Source: Candidatus Woesearchaeota archaeon B3_Woes
GTDB lineage: Archaea > Nanobdellota > Nanobdellia > Woesearchaeales > B3-WOES
Direction: 5' to 3'
Assembly: GCA_005222965.1 (NCBI GenBank)
Contig: NJBG01000001.1
Location: forward strand, 675,533-739,532
DNA: 64,000 bases
Each line of letters begins with the position of its first letter. Positions within the stretch are counted from its first letter, which is position 1. Shown here one piece after another: positions 1 through 9,719 of the stretch. Below the pieces are notes generated by a model that was not told the origin of the DNA, ran no database searches, and saw nothing but the letters and a program-made list of their open reading frames with translations. A program made the position numbers and the translations under genes.

Positions 1-251
1 ATATCATCTTCTGTAAATAAGATGTTGCTTGTTCCAGGGGCATTAGTAATGCCTCCGCCAGGCATTAAAAATATTTTATCTGTCCCCATCTCCTCCCCAA
101 ATTGATTCATATAACTATTAATTCCCTGGCCAAAACTAATCAAAGCAAAGATTGCTGTAATACCAATTAGAATAGATAAAATTGTAAGAAAACTTCTAAG
201 TTTTCTATGCCATAAGTTTGATATTGAATATTTTAAAATGTCTTCTATCAT
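1..251 (-). CDS. ABC transporter permease, MacB/FtsX family (5' part; runs off window)
   Basis: Manual translation MIEDILKYSISNLWHRKLRSFLTILSILIGITAIFALISFGQG; paralogous to the upstream permease; ATGA overlap with its stop. Confidence 0.85.
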   Translation of the reverse strand, partial: MIEDILKYSISNLWHRKLRSFLTILSILIGITAIFALISFGQGINSYMNQFGEEMGTDKIFLMPGGGITNAPGTSNILFTEDD

Positions 252-1471
252 TTTATATGTCTCAAAGCATCTACTGGATTTAATTTTGAAGCTTGGATAG
301 CTGGAAGTGTTCCAAAAAATGAACCAAGTATAAACGAAAATAAGATAGATCCTATAATAAGTTCAGGAGTGATGTGCGCAGATATAAGGCCGGATCCTAA
401 AAATAATTTACCTACAAACACAAGACCAGTTGCTAATAAAAAACCCAATACAGCGCCAATTACCCCCCCAACTGACCCTAAAAAACCAGATTCAATAAAA
501 AACAACAAAAATACACTTGAATTTCTTGCACCAATTGACTTCATTATGCCTATTTCTTTGGTTCTTTCAACAACAGATGTGTACATAGTGTTCATTATTC
601 CAATACCCCCTACCAACAGAGAGATGCCGGCAATAATATAGATGAATATCTGTATTCCAAGCAATACATTATTCACATTTTCCAGTACAGAGGCAGGACT
701 TTCAACAGAAAAATCTTCTTCACCCTCTTTTACATCTCTTATTTTTCTTAATTTTTTTTCAATATCATTTTGTATTTTTGTAACATCAGCACCCTCATCA
801 AACCTCACCGCCATTATATCATAATCATCCCCTTCTCTATCAACTAATTCCCTGAGATCATCTTCATTTACAAAAACAGCACCATCCAGCTGAATATTTC
901 CTTTTTTTTCTAAAATTCCAATTACTTTAAATTCTATATCCAGCAATTCAACTTTTGATCCAGGTAATATTGGTTTTTCAAATCCATTATCTTCTTCCAT
1001 AAAATTTGCCCCTAAAAAAACAACACCCTTGTCACCATCTTTTAGGAGCCTTCCTTTTTGAGCTTCCATATTCATTAGATGTTCCATTACTTTTCTTTCT
1101 TCTCCATCAGGCATGCTTGCAGCAAACCCAAAACCAACCATATTATTGAAAACCAATTTTCCTGATTCAATAATCCTTCCAGCAGCACCTTCTACTCCTT
1201 GTACGCCTTTTATTGCATTTAATTCCTTATCTGTTAATGGATCTACAACTCCTGTCCCAGGTGGGCCAAAACCTCCTGAAGCAGTTACACTTAAGAGATC
1301 TGTTCCTAAAAACCCAAATTGAGAATTTATTGCGTGTCTTAATCCCTCCCCTAATCCAATCAAAGATACTAATGAAGCTATTCCTATGAATATTCCGATC
1401 ATAGTCAACCATGATCTCAGCTTTCTTTTTTTTAAATTATTAATAGAAAAAATAAAAAAATCTTTTATCAT
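248..1471 (-). CDS. ABC transporter permease, MacB/FtsX family
   Basis: RKLRSWLTMIGIFIG N-terminus, GIMNTMYTSVVERTKEIGIMKSIGA and ASKLNPVDALR motifs. Confidence 0.92.
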   Translation of the reverse strand: MIKDFFIFSINNLKKRKLRSWLTMIGIFIGIASLVSLIGLGEGLRHAINSQFGFLGTDLLSVTASGGFGPPGTGVVDPLTDKELNAIKGVQGVEGAAGRIIESGKLVFNNMVGFGFAASMPDGEERKVMEHLMNMEAQKGRLLKDGDKGVVFLGANFMEEDNGFEKPILPGSKVELLDIEFKVIGILEKKGNIQLDGAVFVNEDDLRELVDREGDDYDIMAVRFDEGADVTKIQNDIEKKLRKIRDVKEGEEDFSVESPASVLENVNNVLLGIQIFIYIIAGISLLVGGIGIMNTMYTSVVERTKEIGIMKSIGARNSSVFLLFFIESGFLGSVGGVIGAVLGFLLATGLVFVGKLFLGSGLISAHITPELIIGSILFSFILGSFFGTLPAIQASKLNPVDALRHIK

Positions 1472-2829
1472 CGTTTAAGTTTTTCCTTGACTATTTCTTT
1501 AATTCTAGAAACAATCTTTGGATCTTTTTTGCCTTTCTTCTTCCTTCTATAATACCAAACTCCCCCAGCAATCAATAAGAAGAGTATGAATTTACCAAAA
1601 AAACCATTACTCTCTTTTAAACCATATTTCTTAGCTTCTGAAGAAGAGTATAGTTTCATATTAAGGATTACATCTTTCTTAAAGACCTTATTATTAGCAT
1701 CCCTGTAATCTAATCTTAGAGGAAGTTGAACCATTCTATCTCTTGTTCTTTTTACATAAAGGTTAAAATCTACACTTTCATAGTCGTCAGAATCAATATT
1801 CCCTACATATACAGCAGCTGGCGAAATAATATCATATTTTTCACTCTGCATCAACTCCACATACAAAAACTTAATATCAGACGAACCCTTATTTGTAAAT
1901 TTTAAAGATACAACACCAACTTCACCTGCTGAAACTATCTCAGAACTATCTATTGATGTAACCAAATCTGGCCGTTCTCCTATAATAAGGCTTGTATAAT
2001 AAGTTTTTGTATAATTTGTACCTAACCCATCAGAATATTCTATCACCAAAGGCAATTTATATACTTTTGAGCTTGCATCTGCATCTGCAATAAGCTTAAA
2101 ACTTATATCTTTTGATTCATGTGCACCAATGTTCTCTATAAATTTCTCATTTGTAGAACCAATTGGAGTAAATGGAAGCTCATCTGTGATTACTGAAGTT
2201 GTTGTTGTTGTTTTTGTTAAAATCCCTAAATTAACTCTAACATCTTTTAGCAAAGAATCTGCCATATTCTCTAAGTTAACAGTTAAGGTAATTGTTGACC
2301 CTGGCGTAACCTCTTCTGGATCTGATTCAACAGATTCAACATTTAGTACTGCATCATGGGTCTGAATCCTTACATCAAATTCAACCTGCACCCATGTGAA
2401 ACCACCATCATTAGTATACTTTAATTTTATAGGATTATCCCCTTCCACAGCATCTTTATCAACTCTTAATTTGTAGTACAGCATAAAGGCTTCTTCCCCA
2501 ACCTGGCTCATATGCATCTCTCCTGCTTTCCTTATAGCAGACATCCCTCTGTCTAATGTAAAAGGATATGTAGGAACTAACTCAAACATAACATCATTAG
2601 CATAATCAGCTCCAATATTCTCTACTTTAAACCTCAACTCCACATAACCCCCCGGCTCTGCAGGATCAGGATTCTGATTCACCAAATAATTATCAACTTC
2701 ATTAATATCCCAATTTGCTGTATGTCTTATCTCTATAGAATCCCCTCTTGGCACAATCTCAACACCAGCTACAAAACTGCTAATTAAAACAAAAATTACA
2801 ATTAATATCCCAATTTTTTTTATTTCCAT
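1468..2829 (-). CDS. S-layer-domain (COG1361-like) membrane-anchored protein in ABC operon
   Basis: Signal peptide, repeated Ig-like segments (PDPAEPG, PEEVTPG), C-terminal TM and basic tail. Confidence 0.75.
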   Translation of the reverse strand: MEIKKIGILIVIFVLISSFVAGVEIVPRGDSIEIRHTANWDINEVDNYLVNQNPDPAEPGGYVELRFKVENIGADYANDVMFELVPTYPFTLDRGMSAIRKAGEMHMSQVGEEAFMLYYKLRVDKDAVEGDNPIKLKYTNDGGFTWVQVEFDVRIQTHDAVLNVESVESDPEEVTPGSTITLTVNLENMADSLLKDVRVNLGILTKTTTTTSVITDELPFTPIGSTNEKFIENIGAHESKDISFKLIADADASSKVYKLPLVIEYSDGLGTNYTKTYYTSLIIGERPDLVTSIDSSEIVSAGEVGVVSLKFTNKGSSDIKFLYVELMQSEKYDIISPAAVYVGNIDSDDYESVDFNLYVKRTRDRMVQLPLRLDYRDANNKVFKKDVILNMKLYSSSEAKKYGLKESNGFFGKFILFLLIAGGVWYYRRKKKGKKDPKIVSRIKEIVKEKLKR

Positions 2830-2835
2830 TTTTTA

Positions 2836-3519
2836 TCACCTTTTTCTTTTAACAATCTTACCATCTCTTAAAAACTTAATTCTATGGGCTTTTCCAGCCA
2901 CATTACGATCATGAGTAACCATAATTATTGTTTTACCCTCTTTATTTAAATCAGCTAAAAAATTAATAACACTCAAACCGGTTTTTGTATCAAGATTCCC
3001 AGTAGGCTCATCAGCAAGAATAACTTCAGGATCATTGCATAATGACCTTGCTATAGCAACCCTCTGTTGTTGGCCTCCAGACAACTCTGTTGGCTTATGA
3101 TGAATTCTATCTCCTAATTCCATCATATTAAGTAATTTTTCTGCTTTCTCAATTCTTTTCTTCCTTTCAACATTCTGAAATATCATTGGCAGCATGACAT
3201 TTTCAAGAGCAGAAAGGGTTGGCAGCAAATTAAACTGTTGAAAAATAAATCCAATCTTTTTGCCTCTTATCCCGGCCAAATTTGATTCACTTAAATGAGA
3301 AATATCCTTTCCATCCAAAAATATACGGCCTTTAGTAGGTATATCCAAACAACCAACCATATTCATAGCAGTTGACTTGCCAGAACCAGAAGGACCTTCA
3401 ATTGCAACAAACTCCCCTCTTTTTATATCTAAATTAATTCCCTGCAATGCATTTACCTTGACATCTCCCATCTCATAAATCTTCCACACATTATCAAGTT
3501 TTATTATTATATCTTTCAT
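2836..3519 (-). CDS. ABC transporter ATP-binding protein (LolD/MacB type)
   Basis: GPSGSGKS, LSGGQQQR, ILADEPTGNLD, VTHD motifs. Confidence 0.95.
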   Translation of the reverse strand: MKDIIIKLDNVWKIYEMGDVKVNALQGINLDIKRGEFVAIEGPSGSGKSTAMNMVGCLDIPTKGRIFLDGKDISHLSESNLAGIRGKKIGFIFQQFNLLPTLSALENVMLPMIFQNVERKKRIEKAEKLLNMMELGDRIHHKPTELSGGQQQRVAIARSLCNDPEVILADEPTGNLDTKTGLSVINFLADLNKEGKTIIMVTHDRNVAGKAHRIKFLRDGKIVKRKR

Positions 3520-3674
3520 TTTGATTTTTTGATAATAATCTCTCCTTTGTTATTAATAGAAAATTCTAAACAATCCCCTTTTTTCCAACCCTTAGCCAAA
3601 GTAATCCCCATAGGAACAGTTATCATAAATTGTTTCTTGTTTGGAAACTGTAGAATAGATTTGTTTGAAGACAT
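3516..3674 (-). CDS. small AbrB/MazE/SpoVT-type DNA-binding protein (52 aa, not in ORF track)
   Basis: Manual translation MSSNKSILQFPNKKQFMITVPMGITLAKGWKKGDCLEFSINNKGEIIIKKSK; ITVP..GWKKGD pattern; ATGA overlap with ATPase start. Confidence 0.7.
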   Translation of the reverse strand: MSSNKSILQFPNKKQFMITVPMGITLAKGWKKGDCLEFSINNKGEIIIKKSK

Positions 3675-3795
3675 TTTATTATATATTTTATTATATATAT
3701 TTTTAATATAATTAATAAAAAAATATATATTTACTAGTATATATACCTTTTGGTTTTTCCAAAAAGAATATAAACCATAAAATTTTCACACTAAC

Positions 3796-4383
3796 ATGAG
3801 AAGACACGAACACAAAAGAGAAAAAAAGAAAAGACTCTATATGAGCCTGTTTATAGTTATGATTATGACACTAAGTGTTTTAGGTTATATGATTGGTAGT
3901 GGTTATGAAGACCAAACAAAATTTGAATATAATGATTTTAAATTCAACCAAATAACAAACAGATGGAAAACAAAAATAAATAACTATGATGTTATATTTG
4001 ATTATTCTCCTTTGCAGGTTGAACATATTAATATAACTCCAAATATTATTGAAAGAATAAAAAACAGCCCGCAAATAGACACAACATCAAATATTAACAG
4101 CTCATTCAAAGAAGCAATAGCTCTAGCTCAATACAATCTTGCACAACTTTTAGCACTTAATAACAATTTTTTAAGAGGAGGATTTACAACAGAGAACGAA
4201 TTCAACACATCTATCATAACATGTGAAGGCGCCACACAATATATTCCTGTTTTATTATTTGAAAAATCAAACCAAACAAAAATCTATGAAGAAAATAATT
4301 GTATTATTATTAAAGCAAGATCAGAACAAGATGTTATAGCTCTAAAAGATAGACTAGCATATGGGGTATTTGGAATTATCTAA
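3796..4383 (+). CDS. membrane-anchored hypothetical protein
   Basis: N-terminal TM; paralog of next gene (IITC..NCI..D(R/K)..YG.. C-terminus). Confidence 0.7.
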   Translation: MRRHEHKREKKKRLYMSLFIVMIMTLSVLGYMIGSGYEDQTKFEYNDFKFNQITNRWKTKINNYDVIFDYSPLQVEHINITPNIIERIKNSPQIDTTSNINSSFKEAIALAQYNLAQLLALNNNFLRGGFTTENEFNTSIITCEGATQYIPVLLFEKSNQTKIYEENNCIIIKARSEQDVIALKDRLAYGVFGII

Positions 4384-4384
4384 A

Positions 4385-5053
4385 ATGGAAAAAGAAGAAC
4401 AAAAAGAAACCAAAAAAAACAAATCATTACTATACTCAATAATCACGATTGTATCATTTGTAGTAATTCTTGGTTTAGTATTAATAGGTATAAAGTTATT
4501 TGGTCCAGACGATATTAACGACATTACAGAAGAAATTATTGAAAAAGGCAATACAGAACACGGATATATGTATAATGGATTTGTATTTATCTACCAAGAC
4601 AATTTATGGCACACAAAATGGCAAAGAGGAGATGTACTATACAATGCACATTTCCATTACGGACCTCTAGATGTAATAGATGTTCCTGTTATAGGGCATT
4701 TAAACACAGAGTTAGACACAACCAAATTCTATGTAACTTTCGATCCTCTAGAAAAAAACATAAGTTTAATCGGACTAGGAGCAGCAGAACTAGGATTAAG
4801 CCTAGTTAAAGTTATGGGAGTAAAAATAACACCAGCATGTTATAGAAATATAACAAAAGGATGCTATAAAAGACCAATAATAACATGTGATAATACAGAT
4901 GAAGGAGTAATATTCATCAAAAGCGATGAAATAACAAAAGTAACACTAAAAGATAACTGTATCACACTCCAGGGTAAAGGGGATAATCTTCTTAAAGCTG
5001 TTGATAAAGTGTTATTTAATTTATATGGAATTGTAGAACACGAACAGGATTAA
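4385..5053 (+). CDS. membrane-anchored hypothetical protein, paralog of previous gene
   Basis: Start MEKEEQK just after previous stop; N-terminal TM; shared C-terminal motifs. Confidence 0.7.
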   Translation: MEKEEQKETKKNKSLLYSIITIVSFVVILGLVLIGIKLFGPDDINDITEEIIEKGNTEHGYMYNGFVFIYQDNLWHTKWQRGDVLYNAHFHYGPLDVIDVPVIGHLNTELDTTKFYVTFDPLEKNISLIGLGAAELGLSLVKVMGVKITPACYRNITKGCYKRPIITCDNTDEGVIFIKSDEITKVTLKDNCITLQGKGDNLLKAVDKVLFNLYGIVEHEQD

Positions 5054-5055
5054 AA

Positions 5056-5409
5056 CTAAATCTCTTTTACACCTTGTTTTGTCAAAGCAACCATCCTTAT
5101 TCCTAATCCAAGCTTTAACAAAGCACACAAAACAGCCATATGCTGTTTTCCATCACCAGAAATCATGTTTAAAGCCACTTCTGTATCATTTATCTGACCA
5201 TCTAATTTTGATTTTATCTCTTCAACCAATTCAGAAAGAAATTTATTAGGATTAATCAAAATAATCTTAACATTTTTATTATCAAACAAATCCTTAACCT
5301 TTTTATCAGTTATCAAAAAAACTTTATCCCACTCTTTCCCTTCTATAATCTTAGCTACATGAAGTACTGTTCCTTTTTCATCTCCAAGACAAGCAACCAA
5401 TGAAGTCAT
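5056..5409 (-). CDS. small Rossmann-like protein, possibly CARF-like
   Basis: 117 aa; alternating beta/alpha pattern; VALNMISGDGK motif. Confidence 0.5.
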   Translation of the reverse strand: MTSLVACLGDEKGTVLHVAKIIEGKEWDKVFLITDKKVKDLFDNKNVKIILINPNKFLSELVEEIKSKLDGQINDTEVALNMISGDGKQHMAVLCALLKLGLGIRMVALTKQGVKEI

Positions 5410-5414
5410 ATTTT

Positions 5415-6251
5415 CTAAGATTTATGTATTATATAAAAAACTTCGTTTTCCAAATTAAATCTATCAAATTCTAGATTAATCCTATTCAACATTTTTTCTA
5501 TCCATCCCCTATAAGGATATCTCATTCTCCTGCCTGAAATTGTTTTTGTAGAAAAACTAACAATTATATATTTACAATCTAATGATTTAATAATCTCTTC
5601 ACTTAATTTATGCCCTTTTTCTTCTAAAGGGTCAAGAAATTTAAACATAAAACAAACATCAGCTTTAGGAAGTTTTCTAAAAGAATTCTTTAAATTACCA
5701 ACATACACTTTCCCTTTTAATTTAGAATATTGTTTCATTAAAATAAAATATTTATTTAAAAAATCACAATCTTCTCTATCAATATCATAAGCAGAATAAC
5801 TTAACTCATCTAAACCCATATAAGGATAAGATACAGGATTTAATCCACAACCCAAATCTAATATCTTTTTTGGATTTCCAGTTATCTTAAAAATATCTTT
5901 ATACAATTTTTTATAATCTTTTAATCTTTCACTAGAAGAAACAGAACCAGACAAAATCTTATCATGAGTTTTATAATCATCTTTACCTTTAATCTCCTTT
6001 AGAAAAGCTTTTCTTTTATCTTTTGATTTTGTCTGAAAAGAGCCATAAACCAAATGCAATTTAGCTCTGATAGATTTTACAATTCCTTTAAATTTATCAG
6101 ATTTCTCATGATCCAAAAACCTAACAGATTTAGGATTAATTCTGAAATACCTTAAAATCTCTTCTCTAATCAATTCTTTAGAAATAAACCCATACTTCTT
6201 ATTCTTTTTAACAGAACCCACAAGATTTTCTATCTGTTTTTTAGACAACAT
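5415..6251 (-). CDS. SAM-dependent methyltransferase resembling ArmA/RmtB/Sgm (FmrO) 16S rRNA G1405 methyltransferases
   Basis: SSSERL, ILDLGCGLNP, YDID and IIVSFSTKTISG motifs in family order. Confidence 0.72.
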   Translation of the reverse strand: MLSKKQIENLVGSVKKNKKYGFISKELIREEILRYFRINPKSVRFLDHEKSDKFKGIVKSIRAKLHLVYGSFQTKSKDKRKAFLKEIKGKDDYKTHDKILSGSVSSSERLKDYKKLYKDIFKITGNPKKILDLGCGLNPVSYPYMGLDELSYSAYDIDREDCDFLNKYFILMKQYSKLKGKVYVGNLKNSFRKLPKADVCFMFKFLDPLEEKGHKLSEEIIKSLDCKYIIVSFSTKTISGRRMRYPYRGWIEKMLNRINLEFDRFNLENEVFYIIHKS

Positions 6252-6292
6252 AATAAAATCTAATACATATTTATTAATAAATCTTCGCTTAA
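6235..6292. repeat. 58-bp direct repeat, copy 1 (methyltransferase start and promoter)
   Basis: 57/58 identical to 7414-7471. Confidence 0.93.
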
Positions 6293-6403
6293 TAGTTCAG
6301 GCTGTCCTATAATAAAAAACCTGAGATTAACTCAAAAAATAGTATGAATATATGTGCACAAATAACCGAAAGATTTATATATTGTGTGCCCTCACATATA
6401 TAC

Positions 6404-7333
6404 ATGACTTACATAGAAACTATAAAAAGGAACAAAAAAGAATATTATTACCTCACAAAAAATATAAGGTTAAGCCTAACTAAGTGGAAAAAAATACGTA
6501 TTTTCTTGGGTGATAAAAAACCTTCAAAAGAAAAACTAAAAAAATATGCTCAAGAAATAGAAAAAAAGGCAAAGCCATTTATAAAAAATTATACATATCT
6601 TTCAGAACATGATGCCGAAACTTTACAAGATCTAAAAAAAAGTTATAGCGTATGGCTAAAACAAATTCCAAAAAGTGTTAAGGAAAAGCTTAATGAAGAT
6701 TTTGTAATAAGATTCACTTATCATAGCAACGCTATCGAGGGAAATAGATTGACTTTAAGGCAAACTGCTTTAATTCTAAAGGATAAGGTAATCCCTTCTG
6801 GGATAAGGGCAGAGGATTATAATGAAGCAATAAACGGAAAAGAATGTTTAGATTATGTTAAAAAATATGATGGAAACTTAAACACTAAATTTCTAGAAAA
6901 AGTCAATGGTATTTTAACAAAAAATACTGGTGTTGTATATGGTGGAAGAATAAGATTTTTTGATGTCCAAATTCAAGGATCAACTCATGTTCCGCCACCA
7001 CATATAGAAATAAAAAAGCACATGCTCAATTTTTATAAATGGTATAGTGCAAATAAGAATAGGTTGCATCCTTTTGAGTTAGCTGCATTAGTCCATGCAA
7101 AACTAACATGGATTCATCCTTTCGAGGATGGAAATGGAAGAACCGCTAGAACTATCATGAATTACATTCTAATGAAAAGGGGATTTCCTATGTTCTTTAT
7201 ACCTTTTGAAAAGAGAGAGCAATATTATCAATCACTAGATATAGCAGATAAAGGAAATTATAAAGAATACATTTCTAGAGTGTTAAGATTAATTATAGAT
7301 CAAATAAGGAGTTATGGGCACAACAAAAAGTAG
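6404..7333 (+). CDS. Fic-domain protein (class II AMPylase)
   Basis: HPFEDGNGRTAR catalytic motif; SNAIEGN inhibitory helix; probable start MTYIET. Confidence 0.93.
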   Translation: MTYIETIKRNKKEYYYLTKNIRLSLTKWKKIRIFLGDKKPSKEKLKKYAQEIEKKAKPFIKNYTYLSEHDAETLQDLKKSYSVWLKQIPKSVKEKLNEDFVIRFTYHSNAIEGNRLTLRQTALILKDKVIPSGIRAEDYNEAINGKECLDYVKKYDGNLNTKFLEKVNGILTKNTGVVYGGRIRFFDVQIQGSTHVPPPHIEIKKHMLNFYKWYSANKNRLHPFELAALVHAKLTWIHPFEDGNGRTARTIMNYILMKRGFPMFFIPFEKREQYYQSLDIADKGNYKEYISRVLRLIIDQIRSYGHNKK

Positions 7334-7367
7334 AAAATTCCTTATATTGTGCACATACAAATATACA

Positions 7368-7430
7368 CTAAAGACTTTTATTTTTCCTAACATATAATAA
7401 GAGTGTATCTACTTGTTTTTTAGACAACAT
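7368..7430 (-). pseudogene. 20-codon remnant of a second allele of the methyltransferase 5' end
   Basis: MLSKKQVDTLLLYVRKNKSL* aligns with MLSKKQIENLVGSVKKNKKY. Confidence 0.7.
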
Positions 7431-7471
7431 ATTAAAATCTAATACATATTTATTAATAAATCTTCGCTTAA
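7414..7471. repeat. 58-bp direct repeat, copy 2
   Basis: 57/58 identical to 6235-6292. Confidence 0.93.
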
Positions 7472-7502
7472 ACTTTATTCCACAAAATCAACATATAATC
7501 AA

Positions 7503-8234
7503 CTAGGTAGTCGCTTTATTCCACAAAATCTCAAACTGTTTTCTATATCCCTCAGCTACTGCTTTGTCCTTTATTAGGACACCATATGGATTTTCTGTAA
7601 ATATTGCAATTCCTACGTATTCACCTATAATCACTGTTTCTTGTAATTGCGCATATTCTTTTGAAAGAAATCGTATTTTAGTCAAAGGTTTCTTGTTCAA
7701 TTCATTTCCAAAACCCCTAATAGTTTCATCAAAAACCTGTCTACATGAGATCTTTTTAGATATTCTTTTTACATGTAAATTTTTCCACCAGCTCTCCCCC
7801 ATAACATCATAGGTAACTTCAGAACCACCTCCAAAAGTATTATATTCTTTTCCACCAGAATTTAACAAAGTTGTATAAAGCTGATTTATACCTCTTTTTC
7901 CTTTAAAGACTTCTGCGAAAGATATTGCCTTTGAGATTTGTTGCTTTCTTTTCAGTTCAGGAAGTATTTCATCAAACCTTTTTATTTTATCATTGATGAA
8001 ATCATGAAAATTCTCAGGATTAGTAGCTTGATAGATTTTTTTCTTTCCCTCCAAAATATAACTTATTAACCCTTTGTCTATTATACTATTTAATGCTCGA
8101 TGAACTACTGAATTTTGCAGTCCTGATTTTTCTAAAATTGATCCTGCTGAACTACTTCCTAATTCAAGTAAAGCAAGATATACTTTAATTTCCGCATGTG
8201 TTAATCCCAAATCTTCTAATATTGAAGTGTCCAC
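7503..8234 (-). CDS. TrmB-family transcriptional regulator
   Basis: LGLTHAEIKVYLALLELG wHTH; C-terminal FEILW of PLD-like effector domain. Confidence 0.9.
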   Translation of the reverse strand: MDTSILEDLGLTHAEIKVYLALLELGSSSAGSILEKSGLQNSVVHRALNSIIDKGLISYILEGKKKIYQATNPENFHDFINDKIKRFDEILPELKRKQQISKAISFAEVFKGKRGINQLYTTLLNSGGKEYNTFGGGSEVTYDVMGESWWKNLHVKRISKKISCRQVFDETIRGFGNELNKKPLTKIRFLSKEYAQLQETVIIGEYVGIAIFTENPYGVLIKDKAVAEGYRKQFEILWNKATT

Positions 8235-8341
8235 ACCCTATTATACACCATCTAATTATTTAAATCTTTCTATTTATACTCCTAAAAGAGAGGATAAAAA
8301 TATAAATACTAGCGTTATGTAACTACTTTTAAGAGATTAAA

Positions 8342-9115
8342 ATGAAAAAAAATACACTAGAAACAAGAGCAAACGGAAATATCACATATAGCTTTGCTAC
8401 TCCTTATGATCCAAAAGCAAATATTTTGTATGTTAATGTTGTTCCTACATATGATTGTATGAATTCATGTAGGTTCTGTAGTAGAACTGATGCAGTAAAA
8501 GGAGAACCAAATATTTATGAACAAAAAGCAGGTGCAAATTTATATCTTCCAACAGCTCCTTCTGTAGAAAAAGTTGTAAATGAAATTGAATCCAAAAGAA
8601 AGAAAGGCATACTTAGAAAAACAAGAGAAATTGCTTTTGTTGGACTTGGTGAACCATTACTCCAGTTTGAATTAGTAAGAGATTCCATAAAAGGTATCAG
8701 AGAAAGAGGTTACAGAGGAAAAATCAGAATCGACACAAACGGTTTAGTGAAATCTTGGTATCATTCTTTTCCATTTGGGTGTCTTGAAATAATCGAAAGA
8801 GATCCTGCGAAAGAATTAAAACAAGTAGGGTTAGATGAAATAAGAATCTCTGTAAATGCAACAACTAAATATGGATATCAAAGACTTTGCAAACCACGGT
8901 ATGATAACGCTTTTCAAAATCTTTGTGGATTTGTCCGTGATTGTATTGGAGAGGGAATTGAAACAAAAGCAAGTTTTGTTACTGATTTTGATGATGAGGA
9001 AATTAAGAGTAAGACTCCTGATGAATACAAAAATTTTGCAATTTCCTTAGGAATAAAACAAAAAAATATAATTCTTAGAAAATATGTTAAACCTATTAAA
9101 CAAAACAACCACTAA
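8342..9115 (+). CDS. radical SAM protein (TatD-associated-like)
   Basis: LYVN..CMNSCRFC, AFVGLGEP and RIDTNG motifs. Confidence 0.8.
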   Translation: MKKNTLETRANGNITYSFATPYDPKANILYVNVVPTYDCMNSCRFCSRTDAVKGEPNIYEQKAGANLYLPTAPSVEKVVNEIESKRKKGILRKTREIAFVGLGEPLLQFELVRDSIKGIRERGYRGKIRIDTNGLVKSWYHSFPFGCLEIIERDPAKELKQVGLDEIRISVNATTKYGYQRLCKPRYDNAFQNLCGFVRDCIGEGIETKASFVTDFDDEEIKSKTPDEYKNFAISLGIKQKNIILRKYVKPIKQNNH

Positions 9116-9190
9116 CAGTTGTTATGTGCAATATGGCTTGGCAAACAACCTTTAGAAATTTATTTAAAGAATAACTATTTTAAATATAGT

Positions 9191-9655
9191 ATGAATACAG
9201 AGGATTTGAAAAAATTAGTAAAAAATATTGTTGAAGAAGCAACAATTCTCAAAAATAAACATATCGACTTTAAAGATATACCTATTAATTATGCTTGCAT
9301 TTTTTCTCAAAGCGAAAAAGAATATCAAGAATTATTGGAAATTTCACGAAAAATTGGAACTATGATTAAAGAAACGCCTTCTGGTTTTCTATTTCATATC
9401 AGTCCTCTGGAGACAATTTCTGGAACTTTGAAATTATTAAAAATCCGTTTCCCTGATTCTACTCGACCAGAACGTGGTGATGCAGATTTTACAATTTCCA
9501 ATTTTTCTAGATTTGAGAAAAAATATCTATCAAAAAAAGGGTTTAAATTAATAAAAAAAGAAAATTTTTACATGATTGAATTGATGGATCCAAAATTCAA
9601 TGTGCGTGCATATTTTTCAAATCCTCCTTTAGATTTACAATTAAATATTAAATAA
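9191..9655 (+). CDS. hypothetical protein
   Basis: Clean ORF; TATA-like element upstream of MNTEDL start. Confidence 0.6.
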   Translation: MNTEDLKKLVKNIVEEATILKNKHIDFKDIPINYACIFSQSEKEYQELLEISRKIGTMIKETPSGFLFHISPLETISGTLKLLKIRFPDSTRPERGDADFTISNFSRFEKKYLSKKGFKLIKKENFYMIELMDPKFNVRAYFSNPPLDLQLNIK

Positions 9656-9719
9656 CAATTTTCTGATTTTCTGAGATTAAACAGAAAACAATATAAACTA
9701 TTAACCTCCACTTAACAAT

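Noticed and set aside
369..1412. Short antisense or alternate-frame ORFs here and throughout the track (e.g. 10887-11270, 13923-14279, 58274-58651, 62122-62523)
   Set aside because: Shadows of well-supported genes with no motifs
8342..9115. Radical SAM gene as HydE/HydG maturase
   Set aside because: Too short, lacks maturase C-terminal motifs, and is far from hydABC
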